Positions 1 to 9,982 of a stretch of DNA of 64,000 bases are shown here, piece after piece. The translations under genes and the position numbers were made by a program. A model generated the notes under the pieces. The model searched no databases. It was not told the DNA's origin and saw nothing but the letters and a program-made list of their open reading frames with translations. Numbering within the stretch: the first letter of the stretch is position 1; the number at the start of each line of letters is the position of its first letter. Origin of the DNA: an uncultured bacterium (GTDB lineage: Bacteria > Edwardsbacteria > AC1 > EtOH8); the NCBI GenBank assembly GCA_964588285.1, contig CAZPNX010000010.1:21319-85318 (forward strand). Direction: 5' to 3'.

Positions 1-320
1 ACCGTGTTTCTCATCAGAAACTGGGGGTTGGCCACTCTAACGAACACCCGGTAGACGCCGTGCAGGTCGTGCTCGGCGGCATAACGCCCCTCCTTCCAGT
101 TGCCCTCGGCATCTCCTCCATAGAAGAGCTGACCCAGGGCCGCCATCGGCTTCTGCACCGCATCTTCAAAAGGATACCAAGCGCTCACCAAAATCTGTTG
201 ATTAAAGAAGCCTTGCGATGCCGGAGGCAGCGATTTCAGCCAGCGCTGCCAACCTTCGCTGCCGTGTTCCTCAATTATATAGCTCTTCAGCATTTTAAGG
301 ACCGTGCCTTTGGCCCGCAT
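1..320 (-). CDS. hypothetical protein, 3'-truncated at the window edge. Possibly DUF2378/TIGR02265-like.
   Basis: My own reverse-complement translation from an ATG at 318-320 gives MRAKGTVLKMLKSYIIEEHGSEGWQRWLKSLPPASQGFFNQQILVSAWYPFEDAVQKPMAALGQLFYGGDAEGNWKEGRYAAEHDLHGVYRVFVRVANPQFLMRNT..., which runs off position 1. An AAAGGGAAAAG purine tract lies upstream. It is not in the ORF track because it is open-ended. Confidence 0.35.
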   Translation of the reverse strand, partial: MRAKGTVLKMLKSYIIEEHGSEGWQRWLKSLPPASQGFFNQQILVSAWYPFEDAVQKPMAALGQLFYGGDAEGNWKEGRYAAEHDLHGVYRVFVRVANPQFLMRNT

Positions 321-340
321 TGCACTTTTCCCTTTTCTGT

Positions 341-916
341 CTAGTTGTTGAGCTTGAGGATCTGATCCCCGGCCTTGACCGCACCTGGCTCCACCACCCT
401 GGCGAACACCCCCTCCCGCGGCATGACGCAGTCGCCCACCTGCTGGCGGATGGCGCAGCCCTGATGGCACTCCTTGCCGATCTGGGTCACCTCCAGCACG
501 GCGGATCCCCCGACTCTCAAACGGTCGCCAACCTTCAAACGCCCCAGGTCCAAACCTCTGGTCAGCAGGTTCTCGGCGAAGATGCCCGGCGTCAGCTCCA
601 CCCCTCTGCCCCGCATTTTGTCCACGCTCTCCTCGGCCAGCAGGCTTACCTGGCGGTGACGGTCCCCGGCGTGGGCGTCGCCCTCGATCCCGTGTCCGGC
701 CTTCAGGAAGGCGGATTCGACCGGCTTCTTGACCTCGCCCTTCTTTTCGCTCAGGCAGACGGCTACCACCGTGCCCACTAAGTCCCCTCTATCAAGAGGG
801 GATTTAGGGGTGTGTCCGGCTGTCAGTTCCGTTATGGCCTTTTCTATCCTGTGCAACACAGCCTGAATATCACTGCGCACATCTTCGTCAGTGAATCGGA
901 GAAGCCTGATCCTCAC
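341..916 (-). CDS. MOSC domain-containing protein (YiiM-like)
   Basis: The 191 aa product has the MOSC-fold hallmarks: a GD.HAG-like region (GHGIEGDAHAGDRHRQVSLL) and a conserved Cys near the C-terminus. It sits beside moaC and moaA. Confidence 0.75.
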   Translation of the reverse strand: MRIRLLRFTDEDVRSDIQAVLHRIEKAITELTAGHTPKSPLDRGDLVGTVVAVCLSEKKGEVKKPVESAFLKAGHGIEGDAHAGDRHRQVSLLAEESVDKMRGRGVELTPGIFAENLLTRGLDLGRLKVGDRLRVGGSAVLEVTQIGKECHQGCAIRQQVGDCVMPREGVFARVVEPGAVKAGDQILKLNN

Positions 917-937
917 GCTTTCAATGAATTTTCTTTT

Positions 938-1180
938 TTACCCATCTTTCCTCGCAATATCATCGAACCGGTGGGTGTATCCGTCGACTTCGATCGCCAG
1001 CTTCAATCTCGAGCAGTAGAAATCCACGATATACTTGCCTACCGGCTTCTGCCGGTTGAAATCAAAGCCCAGAACCTTCTTTCCCTTAAGATGCTTCCAG
1101 AGAATGATTTCAGATCTGGTGCTATTCCTGCGAAGATTTTGTGCTATGGTTCTCAGATGAGGGCTATAATAGACCTTCAT
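938..1180 (-). CDS. DUF559 endonuclease-domain protein (Vsr-like fold)
   Basis: The C-terminal 80 aa of ORF 938..1504 starts at the internal Met of MKVYYSPHLRTIAQNLRRNSTRSEIILWKHLKGKKVLGFDFNRQKPVGKYIVDFYCSRLKLAIEVDGYTHRF, which is typical of DUF559. The upstream part of that ORF overlaps moaC and is non-coding. Confidence 0.55.
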   Translation of the reverse strand: MKVYYSPHLRTIAQNLRRNSTRSEIILWKHLKGKKVLGFDFNRQKPVGKYIVDFYCSRLKLAIEVDGYTHRFDDIARKDG

Positions 1181-1218
1181 GGAAACACCCCTCGTTCCCC
1201 TCTTCGCCACGAGGGGAC

Positions 1219-1686
1219 CTAGCTCTTCCCTCTCCCCCTGGGAGAGGGACCAAGGGTGAGGGTCCATCTCCCGCTCCGTCCCCCGCTCTTCTCCGTCAGC
1301 CTGATGTCCGAGATCACCATCCCCCGGTCGGCCGCCTTGGCCATGTCGTAGATGGTCAGGCAGGCGGCGGCCACCGCCGTTAGGGCCTCCATCTCGGCCC
1401 CGGTGCGGTCCCGGCAGGACACCCGGCTGAAGACCTCGATCAGGGAACGCGCCCTGTCGATCCGGAAATCGATCTCCACGTTGGTCAATCCTATGGGGTG
1501 GCACAACGGTATTAGAGAGGCAGCCCCCTTGGCCGCCTGGATGCCGGCAATCTTGGCCACCGTCAGCACGTCGCCCTTGGCCATCCGGTTTCCCTCTATC
1601 AGCCTCAGGGTGCCGGGTTTCATCGAGATCCCGCCCCGGGCCGCCGCCATCCTCAGGGTCTTTGGTTTTCCCCCGACGTCCACCAT
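1219..1686 (-). CDS. moaC: cyclic pyranopterin monophosphate synthase MoaC
   Basis: The 155 aa product contains MVDVGGKP..., AKGDVLTVAKIAGIQAAK, LIPLCHP, TGAEMEALTAVAAACLTIYDMAKA and LTEKSGGRSG. These are the canonical MoaC motifs and align with E. coli MoaC. Confidence 0.9.
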   Translation of the reverse strand: MVDVGGKPKTLRMAAARGGISMKPGTLRLIEGNRMAKGDVLTVAKIAGIQAAKGAASLIPLCHPIGLTNVEIDFRIDRARSLIEVFSRVSCRDRTGAEMEALTAVAAACLTIYDMAKAADRGMVISDIRLTEKSGGRSGRWTLTLGPSPRGRGKS

Positions 1687-1730
1687 CCTGGCCCGCCCCC
1701 CGGCGTCCAGGTGCGACAGCTTTTTCCTTC

Positions 1731-1762
1731 GGATTTCGGATTTCGGATTTCGGATTTTCGTT
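1731..1762. repeat. tandem heptamer repeat (GGATTTC)x4-5 in the moaA-moaC intergenic spacer
   Basis: The plus strand reads ggatttc ggatttc ggatttc ggatttt cg..., which is GAAAUCC repeats on the transcribed strand. The repeat lies between the moaA stop (1763) and the moaC start (1686). Confidence 0.8.
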
Positions 1763-2731
1763 TCAGCCTCCTATCTCCGCCATCAGCCGGTTGGACTCGG
1801 GCCGGTCCCCGTTGAAGCGGTGCCCCTCGGGCTTGAGCCGCAGGGCCTCGTAGAAAAGCCTGCGCAGGGTCGGCCCGGCCATGCCGTGCCTCACCGGCTC
1901 CCGCAGGTTGATCTCGGCCTGCCCGGCCAGGCAGGGCCGAAGAAAGCCGTCGGCCGTCAGACGCAGACGATTGCAGCGACGGCAGAAGGGGTGGGATAGC
2001 GGATTGATGAAGCCCACTGTGATCGGGCTGCCTTTAATTTGATATTCCTCGGCCACTCCGTTAGGCGGCAGCGGCGTCAGCTGGAACGCCTTCTCCACCC
2101 GGCTTTTGACTTCGCTCCCGGCTATTGTCCGGGCCGGGGTCCAGTAGTCGTTGCCCAACGGCATCAGCTCGATGAAGCGCAGGTGCAAGCCGTGATCCAG
2201 GGCAAAGCGGACGAAGTCCCCGGCCTCGTCGTCGTTGTAGCCGGCCACCGCCACCACGTTCAGCTTCACCATTTCGTAGCCGTGCTTGACCGCGGCCTCG
2301 ACCGACTCCATGACCTTTCTCCAATCGTCGCTGCCCGACATTTCGCGAAAACGCTCCGGCTTCAGGGTATCCAGGCTGATGTTCACCCGTTTGATGCCGG
2401 CCTGTTTAAGCCTTCCCGCCAGCGGGGCAAACAGGAGGCCGTTGGTGGTCAGGTCCAGCTCCTCCAGCCTGGGGATGTTTCCCAGCTTAACCGCCAGCTT
2501 GGGAAAATCCTTCCTCAACAGAGGCTCTCCCCCGGTCAGCCGTACCTTGCGTATACCCAACTCCACCGCTGCCCGGACGATGGTCTCGATCTCCTCAAAG
2601 CTGAGCATATCATGGTGATCCCGCAGCGCCACCCCCTCCCGGGGCATGCAGTAGTGACAGCGCAGGTTGCAGCGGTCGGTGACCGAGACCCGCAGGTAGG
2701 TTATCTTCCGTCCGTGGGTGTCTATCAGCAT
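1763..2731 (-). CDS. moaA: GTP 3',8-cyclase MoaA (radical SAM)
   Basis: The 322 aa product carries the N-terminal radical-SAM Cys triad (CNLRCHYCMP) and the C-terminal Cys motif (CRRCNRLRLTADGFLRPCL), plus GGEPLLR. Confidence 0.92.
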   Translation of the reverse strand: MLIDTHGRKITYLRVSVTDRCNLRCHYCMPREGVALRDHHDMLSFEEIETIVRAAVELGIRKVRLTGGEPLLRKDFPKLAVKLGNIPRLEELDLTTNGLLFAPLAGRLKQAGIKRVNISLDTLKPERFREMSGSDDWRKVMESVEAAVKHGYEMVKLNVVAVAGYNDDEAGDFVRFALDHGLHLRFIELMPLGNDYWTPARTIAGSEVKSRVEKAFQLTPLPPNGVAEEYQIKGSPITVGFINPLSHPFCRRCNRLRLTADGFLRPCLAGQAEINLREPVRHGMAGPTLRRLFYEALRLKPEGHRFNGDRPESNRLMAEIGG

Positions 2732-2768
2732 ACTATATTAGAATAGTATAGCTCAGGCCCGCGCATTC

Positions 2769-2966
2769 TCATCCGCCGCTTATCAGGTGGATGGCCCAAA
2801 AATCGGCCCCGTCCTCGACCGGAGTGATGTCGTAATGGTCGTGGTGCACGAAGCGGTCGTCGATCTTGACGATGATCATGGGAAAAACGTAGTTTTTCTC
2901 ATTGAGCACATCGCGCACCGTCATCCCCGGACGCCAGGGGTGCTCCTGCCCGTTAACCTTGATCAT
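2769..2966 (-). CDS. MoaD/ThiS-family sulfur-carrier protein
   Basis: The 65 aa product ends in a Gly-Gly C-terminus (HLISGG). It overlaps the upstream E1-like gene by 4 nt and precedes moaA. Confidence 0.7.
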   Translation of the reverse strand: MIKVNGQEHPWRPGMTVRDVLNEKNYVFPMIIVKIDDRFVHHDHYDITPVEDGADFWAIHLISGG

Positions 2967-3850
2967 GATCGTCTCAGCTTCTTGGGCGTTCGGCTAAGAT
3001 ACGGCAAATGGGGCGGCAGTCCTTCGCCAGTCTCCGAGGCTTTCCCTATGGCCGGGTCCGGACCCAGCAGTATCTCCAGGGCCTGGTTGGCCTGCAGGCA
3101 GGCGGCCACGCCCACCCTGGGGGCCATCAGGCCGCGCCCCGGCCCGGCCTCGGTGGACTCGTCCCCGCAGATGTAGAGGTTCCCCAACCGTCGGGTCTTC
3201 AATAGGTTGTTGCCCCCCCAGCCGGCCATGCCGTTGCCCAGGATCAGAGGGGTTTCCGGCAATTGCGACATCACGGCTTCGGCCAGCATTTCCTTCTGGT
3301 CGGCCCGGTCGAAGGCCTCGATGATCACCCGGCACCTGCCGAAAAGGCTTTTAACGTTCTCGGCCACCACCCTCTGGTATCGCGGCTCCACCTTGACGAA
3401 GGGATTGGCCCTCCTGATGTTCTCGGCCAAGGCTCTGACCTTGGGCTGACCGATCTGGCTTACAAAATACTGCTGTCGATTCAAGTTCGACGGCTCCACT
3501 ACGTCGAAGTCGACGATCACCAGCCTGCCGATCCCGGCCCGCGCCAAAGCCATGGCCGCGGTCGAGCCCAAGCCCCCGCAGCCGGCAATGCCGACGCAGG
3601 CCTTCTTGAGCTTGGCGTGGACGCCCGGAGTATGCCGGGCGGCCATTAGGTGCTCCAGTTCCCTCTTTGACGGCTTCGAGCCCTTCTTTATCAGCACCAG
3701 GCGGTCGCCCTCCTCCAGGGTGTGCTCCAGCAGGCAGGGGAACCCGTTGAGCACGCAGAGGTCGGCCTCGGGCCTGCGCTTCTTGACCAGCTCGGCCACC
3801 TTGGTGCCCTCGCGGACGGCGACCTTCCTTTCGTTTATGTATACTTTCAT
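2963..3850 (-). CDS. ThiF/MoeB-family E1-like adenylyltransferase with an N-terminal ThiS/MoaD-like beta-grasp domain
   Basis: The N-terminal ~65 aa (MKVYINERKVAVREG...GDRLVLIKKG) is ubiquitin-like and lacks a terminal GG. It is followed by an E1 Rossmann motif (VGIAGCGGLGSTAAMALARAGIGRLVIVDFDVVEPSNLNRQ). Confidence 0.8.
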   Translation of the reverse strand: MKVYINERKVAVREGTKVAELVKKRRPEADLCVLNGFPCLLEHTLEEGDRLVLIKKGSKPSKRELEHLMAARHTPGVHAKLKKACVGIAGCGGLGSTAAMALARAGIGRLVIVDFDVVEPSNLNRQQYFVSQIGQPKVRALAENIRRANPFVKVEPRYQRVVAENVKSLFGRCRVIIEAFDRADQKEMLAEAVMSQLPETPLILGNGMAGWGGNNLLKTRRLGNLYICGDESTEAGPGRGLMAPRVGVAACLQANQALEILLGPDPAIGKASETGEGLPPHLPYLSRTPKKLRRS

Positions 3851-3896
3851 TCTTTATCCCCTCTCGAGAGGGGACGGTCGGGAGGCTGGCATATGG

Positions 3897-4919
<1,023 letters not shown>

Positions 4920-5047
4920 GACATTACTCTGATATTCTTGGATTGCGGGAAATCCCGTCCTATTTTCCGGCCAAAACTAACAAATCTACCTGATTACCCT
5001 GGCCAAAACTGATCTCACACCAAAATAAGGAGGGAACAAAAAAGATG

Positions 5048-6685
5048 TCACATCCTCTCCGGCGCGCCCACCCCCAAAAGCCCCAGCCCGTTGGCCAGGA
5101 CAGCCTTTACCGCCTGGCACAGGTCCAAGCGGGCGTTGGAGAGCTTCGGGTCGTCGGTGACCACCCGGTGCTTGTGGTAGAAATTGTGGAAGATGCCGGC
5201 CAGCTCCTGCAGATAGGTCGGCAGGCGATGCGGCTCCCGGGTCTCGGCGGCGCCCTGGACCAACTCCGGAAACTCCAGCAGAAACTTGATGAGCCCGATC
5301 TCCTCCGGCTCCTCGAGCAGCGACAAGTCCCCCGGCTTTCTTTCCAGCCCCTTTTCCCCGGCATGTTGCAGAATTGAGCAGATCCGGGCGTGGGCGTACT
5401 GGACGTAGAAGACCGGATTTTCATCGGACTGTTTCTTGGCCAGGTCCAAATCGAAGTCCAGGTGGGCTTCCATGCGCCTCATCAGGAAAAAGTAGCGGGC
5501 CGCATCGGCCCCCACCTCGTCGAACAGTTCGTCCAAGGTGACGTAGTTGGCCTTGCGGGTGGACATCTTCACCTGCTGGCCGCCGCGGGTCAGGGTGACG
5601 AACTGGTGGATGCGGACGTCCATTTTGGAGGTATCGTAGCCCAGGGCTCCCAGGGCCGCCTTGACGTCCGGGTAGGTGGCCTGGTGGTCCGAGCCGAAAA
5701 CGTCCAGAATCAGGTCGAAGCCCCGCTCGAACTTGTTCCGGTGATAGGCGATGTCCGGCAGGCGGTAGGTGGGCTCGCCGGTGGAGCGCACCAGCACCCG
5801 GTCCTTCTCCGCCCCGAAACTGGTGGCCTTGAACCACAGTGCCCCGTCCTTATGGTATGTAACACCCCTGGCCTCAAGCTCCTGCTTGGTCTTTTCGATC
5901 GACCCGTCGGCATATAGCGAGCTTTCGTTGAAGTAGCGGTCGAAGACGATGCCCATTCGCTTGAGCGTGTCGCGAATATCGACGAAGATGGCCTCCACCG
6001 CCTTGGCCTTGAAGTACTCCAGGTCGGCCTCGCCCAAACCGCCGCCTCGCTCCTCCCGGCATTTCTGGGCGATGTCGCCGATGTACTGTCCCTGGTAGTG
6101 TCCCTCGGGGAAATCGATCTTCTGCCCTAAAAGCTCCCGGTACCTGAGCAGGACCGACTCCGCCAGCACCCGCATCTGCAGGCCGGCGTCGTTGAAATAA
6201 TACTCCCGCTCCACCCGGTAGCCCTGCGACTCCAAGAGCCTGGCCAGGGCGTCGCCGATGGCCGCCTGACGGCCGTGTCCCACGGTCAGCGGCCCGGTGG
6301 GGTTGCAGGAGACGAACTCCACCTGGGCGGTTTTTCCCGAATGGCTGTGGCTTCGGCCGTATTCCGAGCCGGCTTTCAGAAGCTCGGCCAGCTGACCGCA
6401 ATGATAGCTTGGCGCCAGCCTGAAGTTGATGAACCCCGGGCCGGCAATTTCAACTTTAGACACCAAGGCCGGGTCGGGATGCATGGAATCGACAAGCCTC
6501 TGGGCGATATCCCTCGGCTGGGACTTTAGCTCCTTGGCCAGCGACAGGGCCAGGCTGGTGGACCAGTCCCCGTGCTCCTTCTGTTTCGGTCTTTCCAGAA
6601 GGACGGTGCTCGACGCCGCCTCCCGGTTCAGGGCCTTGGCCGCGGCCTCGGAGACCAGCTTGGCGATGTAATCCTTAATCATCAT
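5048..6685 (-). CDS. argS: arginine--tRNA ligase
   Basis: The 545 aa product carries the class I HIGH-type motif (SCNPTGPLTVGHGR), an anticodon-binding C-terminus and a KMSTR (KMSK-like) motif. Confidence 0.93.
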   Translation of the reverse strand: MMIKDYIAKLVSEAAAKALNREAASSTVLLERPKQKEHGDWSTSLALSLAKELKSQPRDIAQRLVDSMHPDPALVSKVEIAGPGFINFRLAPSYHCGQLAELLKAGSEYGRSHSHSGKTAQVEFVSCNPTGPLTVGHGRQAAIGDALARLLESQGYRVEREYYFNDAGLQMRVLAESVLLRYRELLGQKIDFPEGHYQGQYIGDIAQKCREERGGGLGEADLEYFKAKAVEAIFVDIRDTLKRMGIVFDRYFNESSLYADGSIEKTKQELEARGVTYHKDGALWFKATSFGAEKDRVLVRSTGEPTYRLPDIAYHRNKFERGFDLILDVFGSDHQATYPDVKAALGALGYDTSKMDVRIHQFVTLTRGGQQVKMSTRKANYVTLDELFDEVGADAARYFFLMRRMEAHLDFDLDLAKKQSDENPVFYVQYAHARICSILQHAGEKGLERKPGDLSLLEEPEEIGLIKFLLEFPELVQGAAETREPHRLPTYLQELAGIFHNFYHKHRVVTDDPKLSNARLDLCQAVKAVLANGLGLLGVGAPERM

Positions 6686-6710
6686 CTCCGTTTTCTCTTG
6701 GACCGCAACT

Positions 6711-7346
6711 TTACACCCGCCCGGCCCTGATCACCCGCCACAGGGCGGCCACCGCCAGAGCCGACAACGCCAGACCGGCGATGATGGCCCCCCAGATGCC
6801 CAGCAGCACCAGGGTGGTGATGATGGCCGCGGCTATGAGCACCCCCAGGAAGATGGCGCCCAACGCCGGCCAAAAGCGGATTCCGAAGAGGAAGGCCGCC
6901 ACCGCCCCGGTCCAGGCGCCGGTCATGGGCAGGGGCACGGCCACGAAAAGCATCAGGCCCACCAGCTCGTAGCGCCGCACCAGCTCGCTTTTGCTGCGGG
7001 TGCGGGCGAACAGCCACCGAAAGAACCTATCGAACAACGGCCATCGGGAAAGCCAGGCCGAGGCCGGCCCCAATATCAGCAGGATGGGGACGATGGGCAG
7101 CATGTTGCCCAGGACAGACAGGGCCACCGCCTCGGCCAGAGGCAGGCCCAGCACCTGGCTGCCCACCGGAATGGCGCCGCGAAGCTCGAAGACGGGCAGC
7201 ATGGCGATGACCAGGGTGGCCAGCCAGGCCGGAATTCCGGCACCCTGAAGGGAATCGACCAACCTCGGGGTGGCGGCCCAGGATGCCCCCCCCGACGCAA
7301 GCAAGAATGCGGCTGCTGCCACCAGCCTTTTCCCCGGGCTTGACAT
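6711..7346 (-). CDS. membrane protein, COG2426/Sm_multidrug_ex-like (putative small export protein)
   Basis: The 211 aa product is polytopic and hydrophobic. Residues RRYELVGLMLFVAVPLPMTGAWTGAVAAFLFGI resemble the small multidrug export family. Confidence 0.5.
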   Translation of the reverse strand: MSSPGKRLVAAAAFLLASGGASWAATPRLVDSLQGAGIPAWLATLVIAMLPVFELRGAIPVGSQVLGLPLAEAVALSVLGNMLPIVPILLILGPASAWLSRWPLFDRFFRWLFARTRSKSELVRRYELVGLMLFVAVPLPMTGAWTGAVAAFLFGIRFWPALGAIFLGVLIAAAIITTLVLLGIWGAIIAGLALSALAVAALWRVIRAGRV

Positions 7347-7354
7347 GGCCTCCC

Positions 7355-9070
7355 CTACCCCAGCACTACGAACTGCATGGGCGCCAGTTCCAATTTCACC
7401 GAGAGGGTCCCATTGCCCGGGTCGGGGTGGGCCAAGACTACGACCTCGCCCTGCCCGCCGTAGAGGTATCTCAGGCGATCACCGGGCCGGTGCAGGGAGC
7501 CGTCCACCACCATATGGTCGCATCTCCGCTGATCGGTCGAGGTGTTGTAGGCCACCAGCACCTCCTGGTCGGCCAGGAGGCGGGAGAAGGCCAGAGTGCA
7601 GGGCTGTCCCTGGGGCAGACCGAAATCGCGTCCGTTGCCCGAGATCTCCCGGAAGTACATCCGGCCCAGCCGCAGGGCGGGGTGGGCCCTGTTGACGGCG
7701 GCGATCTTGGCGATCTCCCGGTAGATCCGGCAGTCCTGATTGAGGAAGTTGAGCGAGGGGTCGGACAGGCTGAACATCGGCTCCCGGATCATCTCGTCGC
7801 CCTCGCCCTCGCCCGATAAGCCCTGCTCAGTGCCGTAGTAAATGCAGGGCGTTCCCAGGGCGCAGATCAGATAGCCCACCGCGGCCACCACCTGTTCGTC
7901 GAAGGCTCCGGCCGCAAACCGCCGCTTGTAGTTCTGGCCGATCTGGTCATGGTTGTCGATGAAGGTCACCAGATAACGGCCCAGCTCGCCCCGGTTCAGG
8001 GCCCGCTCCCGCAGAGATTCGTAGCGGTTGATCAGGCCGGACGGTCCGGCGAAGCCCTTGATGACCGCGGGCAGGGTCCAGTAGAGCGGGAAGTCCAGCA
8101 CCGAGGTCAGCCCATAGAAGATGGTACGGCCCCCGTAGCGGCTGGAGGTGTTGGGCCCGGTGTAGCGGTTGATGGCGTCGTCGCCGGCCACCAGCTCGCC
8201 GAACAGGAAGAAGTTCTTCTTGCCCAGCCTCAGGGCGTACTCCCGCACCCCCTGGCAGAACCGGGCAATGGCCGTCTCCCCCATATGTTTGACCGCGTCC
8301 ATACGGTAGCCGTCGATGTCGGCCTCGCGGATCCAGTAGCGGTGGCAAGCGATGATTATCTCCTGCAGCTCCAGCCCGGCCGGGTTGTCGTCGTTATTGA
8401 AGCCCTTGAGGCTGTAGAAGTCCCCCCACTGGGTCTCGGGCAGGTTGTCCCAACCCCAGTCCCGGATCTGGCCCCGGCGGTGGAAGTATTCCGGGTTGCG
8501 CAGCTCTGTCGGCACCGGATAGTCCGGGTGGCGCCAGCCGCCCAGTGGGTGCTGGCGGTGGTCGTCCGAGTAGAAGTAGGGCACGTCGCCCGGGTAATAG
8601 AAGACGTCGCCGCAGTGGTTGGCCACCGCGTCCAAAAAGACGCGGAGGCCGCTCTTATGGGCCTGGTTTACCAGCTCCACCAGGTCCTGCTTGGTGCCGA
8701 AACGCGGGTCTATGTTCAGGTAGTTGCGGATGGCGTAGCCGTGGTAGCTGAAAGAGTCCCGGTTGGGCGCGTCGTCGTTCTCGAAGATCGGCGACAGCCA
8801 GATGGCGGTGCAGCCGAGGTCGGCAATGTAGCCCAAATGATTGGTGATGCCCTTGAGGGTGCCGCCGCAGAACCGGCGCAGCCTCTCCCGGGGCTGCGCC
8901 ACCGTACACCGCTCGATGGCGGACGCCGGCCGCCGTTCCAGATCGTCGTGGAAGCGGTCGACCATCAGGAAATAGATGAATTCCTCCCGCCACTCCCGGT
9001 CAATGCTCCAGTACCTCTTGCCGGGCAGCGGCGACAGGTCAATGTCCCTCACGGATCTGGGCTGGGGCAT
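7355..9070 (-). CDS. GH13 alpha-amylase-family glycoside hydrolase
   Basis: The 571 aa product contains the GH13 conserved regions: FLMVDRFHD, DAVANH, GYRMDAVKHM, FGELV and FIDNHD. Confidence 0.85.
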   Translation of the reverse strand: MPQPRSVRDIDLSPLPGKRYWSIDREWREEFIYFLMVDRFHDDLERRPASAIERCTVAQPRERLRRFCGGTLKGITNHLGYIADLGCTAIWLSPIFENDDAPNRDSFSYHGYAIRNYLNIDPRFGTKQDLVELVNQAHKSGLRVFLDAVANHCGDVFYYPGDVPYFYSDDHRQHPLGGWRHPDYPVPTELRNPEYFHRRGQIRDWGWDNLPETQWGDFYSLKGFNNDDNPAGLELQEIIIACHRYWIREADIDGYRMDAVKHMGETAIARFCQGVREYALRLGKKNFFLFGELVAGDDAINRYTGPNTSSRYGGRTIFYGLTSVLDFPLYWTLPAVIKGFAGPSGLINRYESLRERALNRGELGRYLVTFIDNHDQIGQNYKRRFAAGAFDEQVVAAVGYLICALGTPCIYYGTEQGLSGEGEGDEMIREPMFSLSDPSLNFLNQDCRIYREIAKIAAVNRAHPALRLGRMYFREISGNGRDFGLPQGQPCTLAFSRLLADQEVLVAYNTSTDQRRCDHMVVDGSLHRPGDRLRYLYGGQGEVVVLAHPDPGNGTLSVKLELAPMQFVVLG

Positions 9071-9110
9071 CTTGTCCTTTCCCGCGAAAACCTAGGTCGG
9101 CCGGAACCCC

Positions 9111-9458
9111 TCAGTCCTTGACCTCCTCCTTGGGAGCGTCGGCCCACAGCTCCTCCAGCCCGTAGTAGTCACGAACCCGGGGCTGCATGACGTGGACCAC
9201 CACGTCCACATAGTCCATCAGGATCCAGCGGGCGTTTTCCAGCCCCTCGACGTGGTATGGCTTGAAACCCTTAACCCTCAAGCCGTCCTCGATGGCCCTG
9301 ACCACCGCCTTGGCCTGGATGTCGGTGGCGGCCGAAGCCAGCACGAAGAAATCGGTGGCGGCCGATAGCCCCCTCATGTCCATTACCGTCACATCGTACG
9401 CCTTCTTGGTCAGGGCCAGTTCGGCCGCCTGCCTGGCCAGCGCCTGGGAACCTGACAT
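9111..9458 (-). CDS. rsfS: ribosome silencing factor RsfS
   Basis: The C-terminal 115 aa of ORF 9111..9575 match the RsfS/Iojap fold (KKAYDVTVMDMRGLSAATDFFVLASA..., MDYVDVVVHVM). I placed the start at an internal ATG (CAT at 9456-9458) to avoid overlap with the upstream LytR_C gene. Confidence 0.75.
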   Translation of the reverse strand: MSGSQALARQAAELALTKKAYDVTVMDMRGLSAATDFFVLASAATDIQAKAVVRAIEDGLRVKGFKPYHVEGLENARWILMDYVDVVVHVMQPRVRDYYGLEELWADAPKEEVKD

Positions 9459-9522
9459 TGAAGGCTTTCCGGCAGACGGCTTTCTGCCGGCCGACCGTCC
9501 GGGTTTCGCTCCCTTCAAGGCT

Positions 9523-9933
9523 CTAGAGGATGCCGAGGAAGCGGCGCTTTTTCTTTTTGTTGTAATCCTGGCCAACGATTACTGTCACCTCCAATAATAG
9601 TGTGGGTTCCAATTGTGGTATGATGTTTTTGCATTTCAGCTCCCCGGCCACCAGCCTGGCGTTGGCCGCCCGGTTGTCGGCCCGGTCAACCACCACCGTC
9701 TCCTCGAAGCTCCGGTACTCGGCATTGGCCACCTCCACCACGTCGAAGCCGGCCTTTCTCAAGCGATCGGCCGCCTGCTGTCCCAAACGCTCGACGGAGG
9801 TCCCGTTGAGCACTTCGATCCTTATCTGCCGCTTGAGAAGATTTATCCTGGCCCGCTCCGCCTCCCGCCAGCGCAGCCAGACCGATCCCGATATCAGCAG
9901 GCAGACCGCGGCCAGCAGAAAGGCGGCCGGCAA
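9523..9933 (-). CDS. LytR_C domain-containing membrane-anchored protein
   Basis: The 136 aa product has an N-terminal TM helix followed by a LytR C-terminal-type domain (IRIEVLNGTSVERLGQQAADRLRKAGFDVVEVANA). Confidence 0.6.
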   Translation of the reverse strand: MPAAFLLAAVCLLISGSVWLRWREAERARINLLKRQIRIEVLNGTSVERLGQQAADRLRKAGFDVVEVANAEYRSFEETVVVDRADNRAANARLVAGELKCKNIIPQLEPTLLLEVTVIVGQDYNKKKKRRFLGIL

Positions 9934-9982
9934 AAGCCATCTCGACCTTCTTCCCGAAGCCTTCTTGCCCGGCTCCGGCCCT

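Noticed and set aside
60-344. 94-aa plus-strand ORF at the window start
   Set aside because: It is overlapped by a better minus-strand frame with a proper ATG at 318-320 and a purine-rich RBS-like tract. It has no motif.
2732-2768. Moco riboswitch upstream of moaA
   Set aside because: The moaA upstream spacer is only 37 nt and AT-rich (TATACT/TAATAT right before the ATG), which is too short for the about 140-nt Moco RNA motif. The spacer may instead be a promoter for a near-leaderless moaA transcript, which is speculative.
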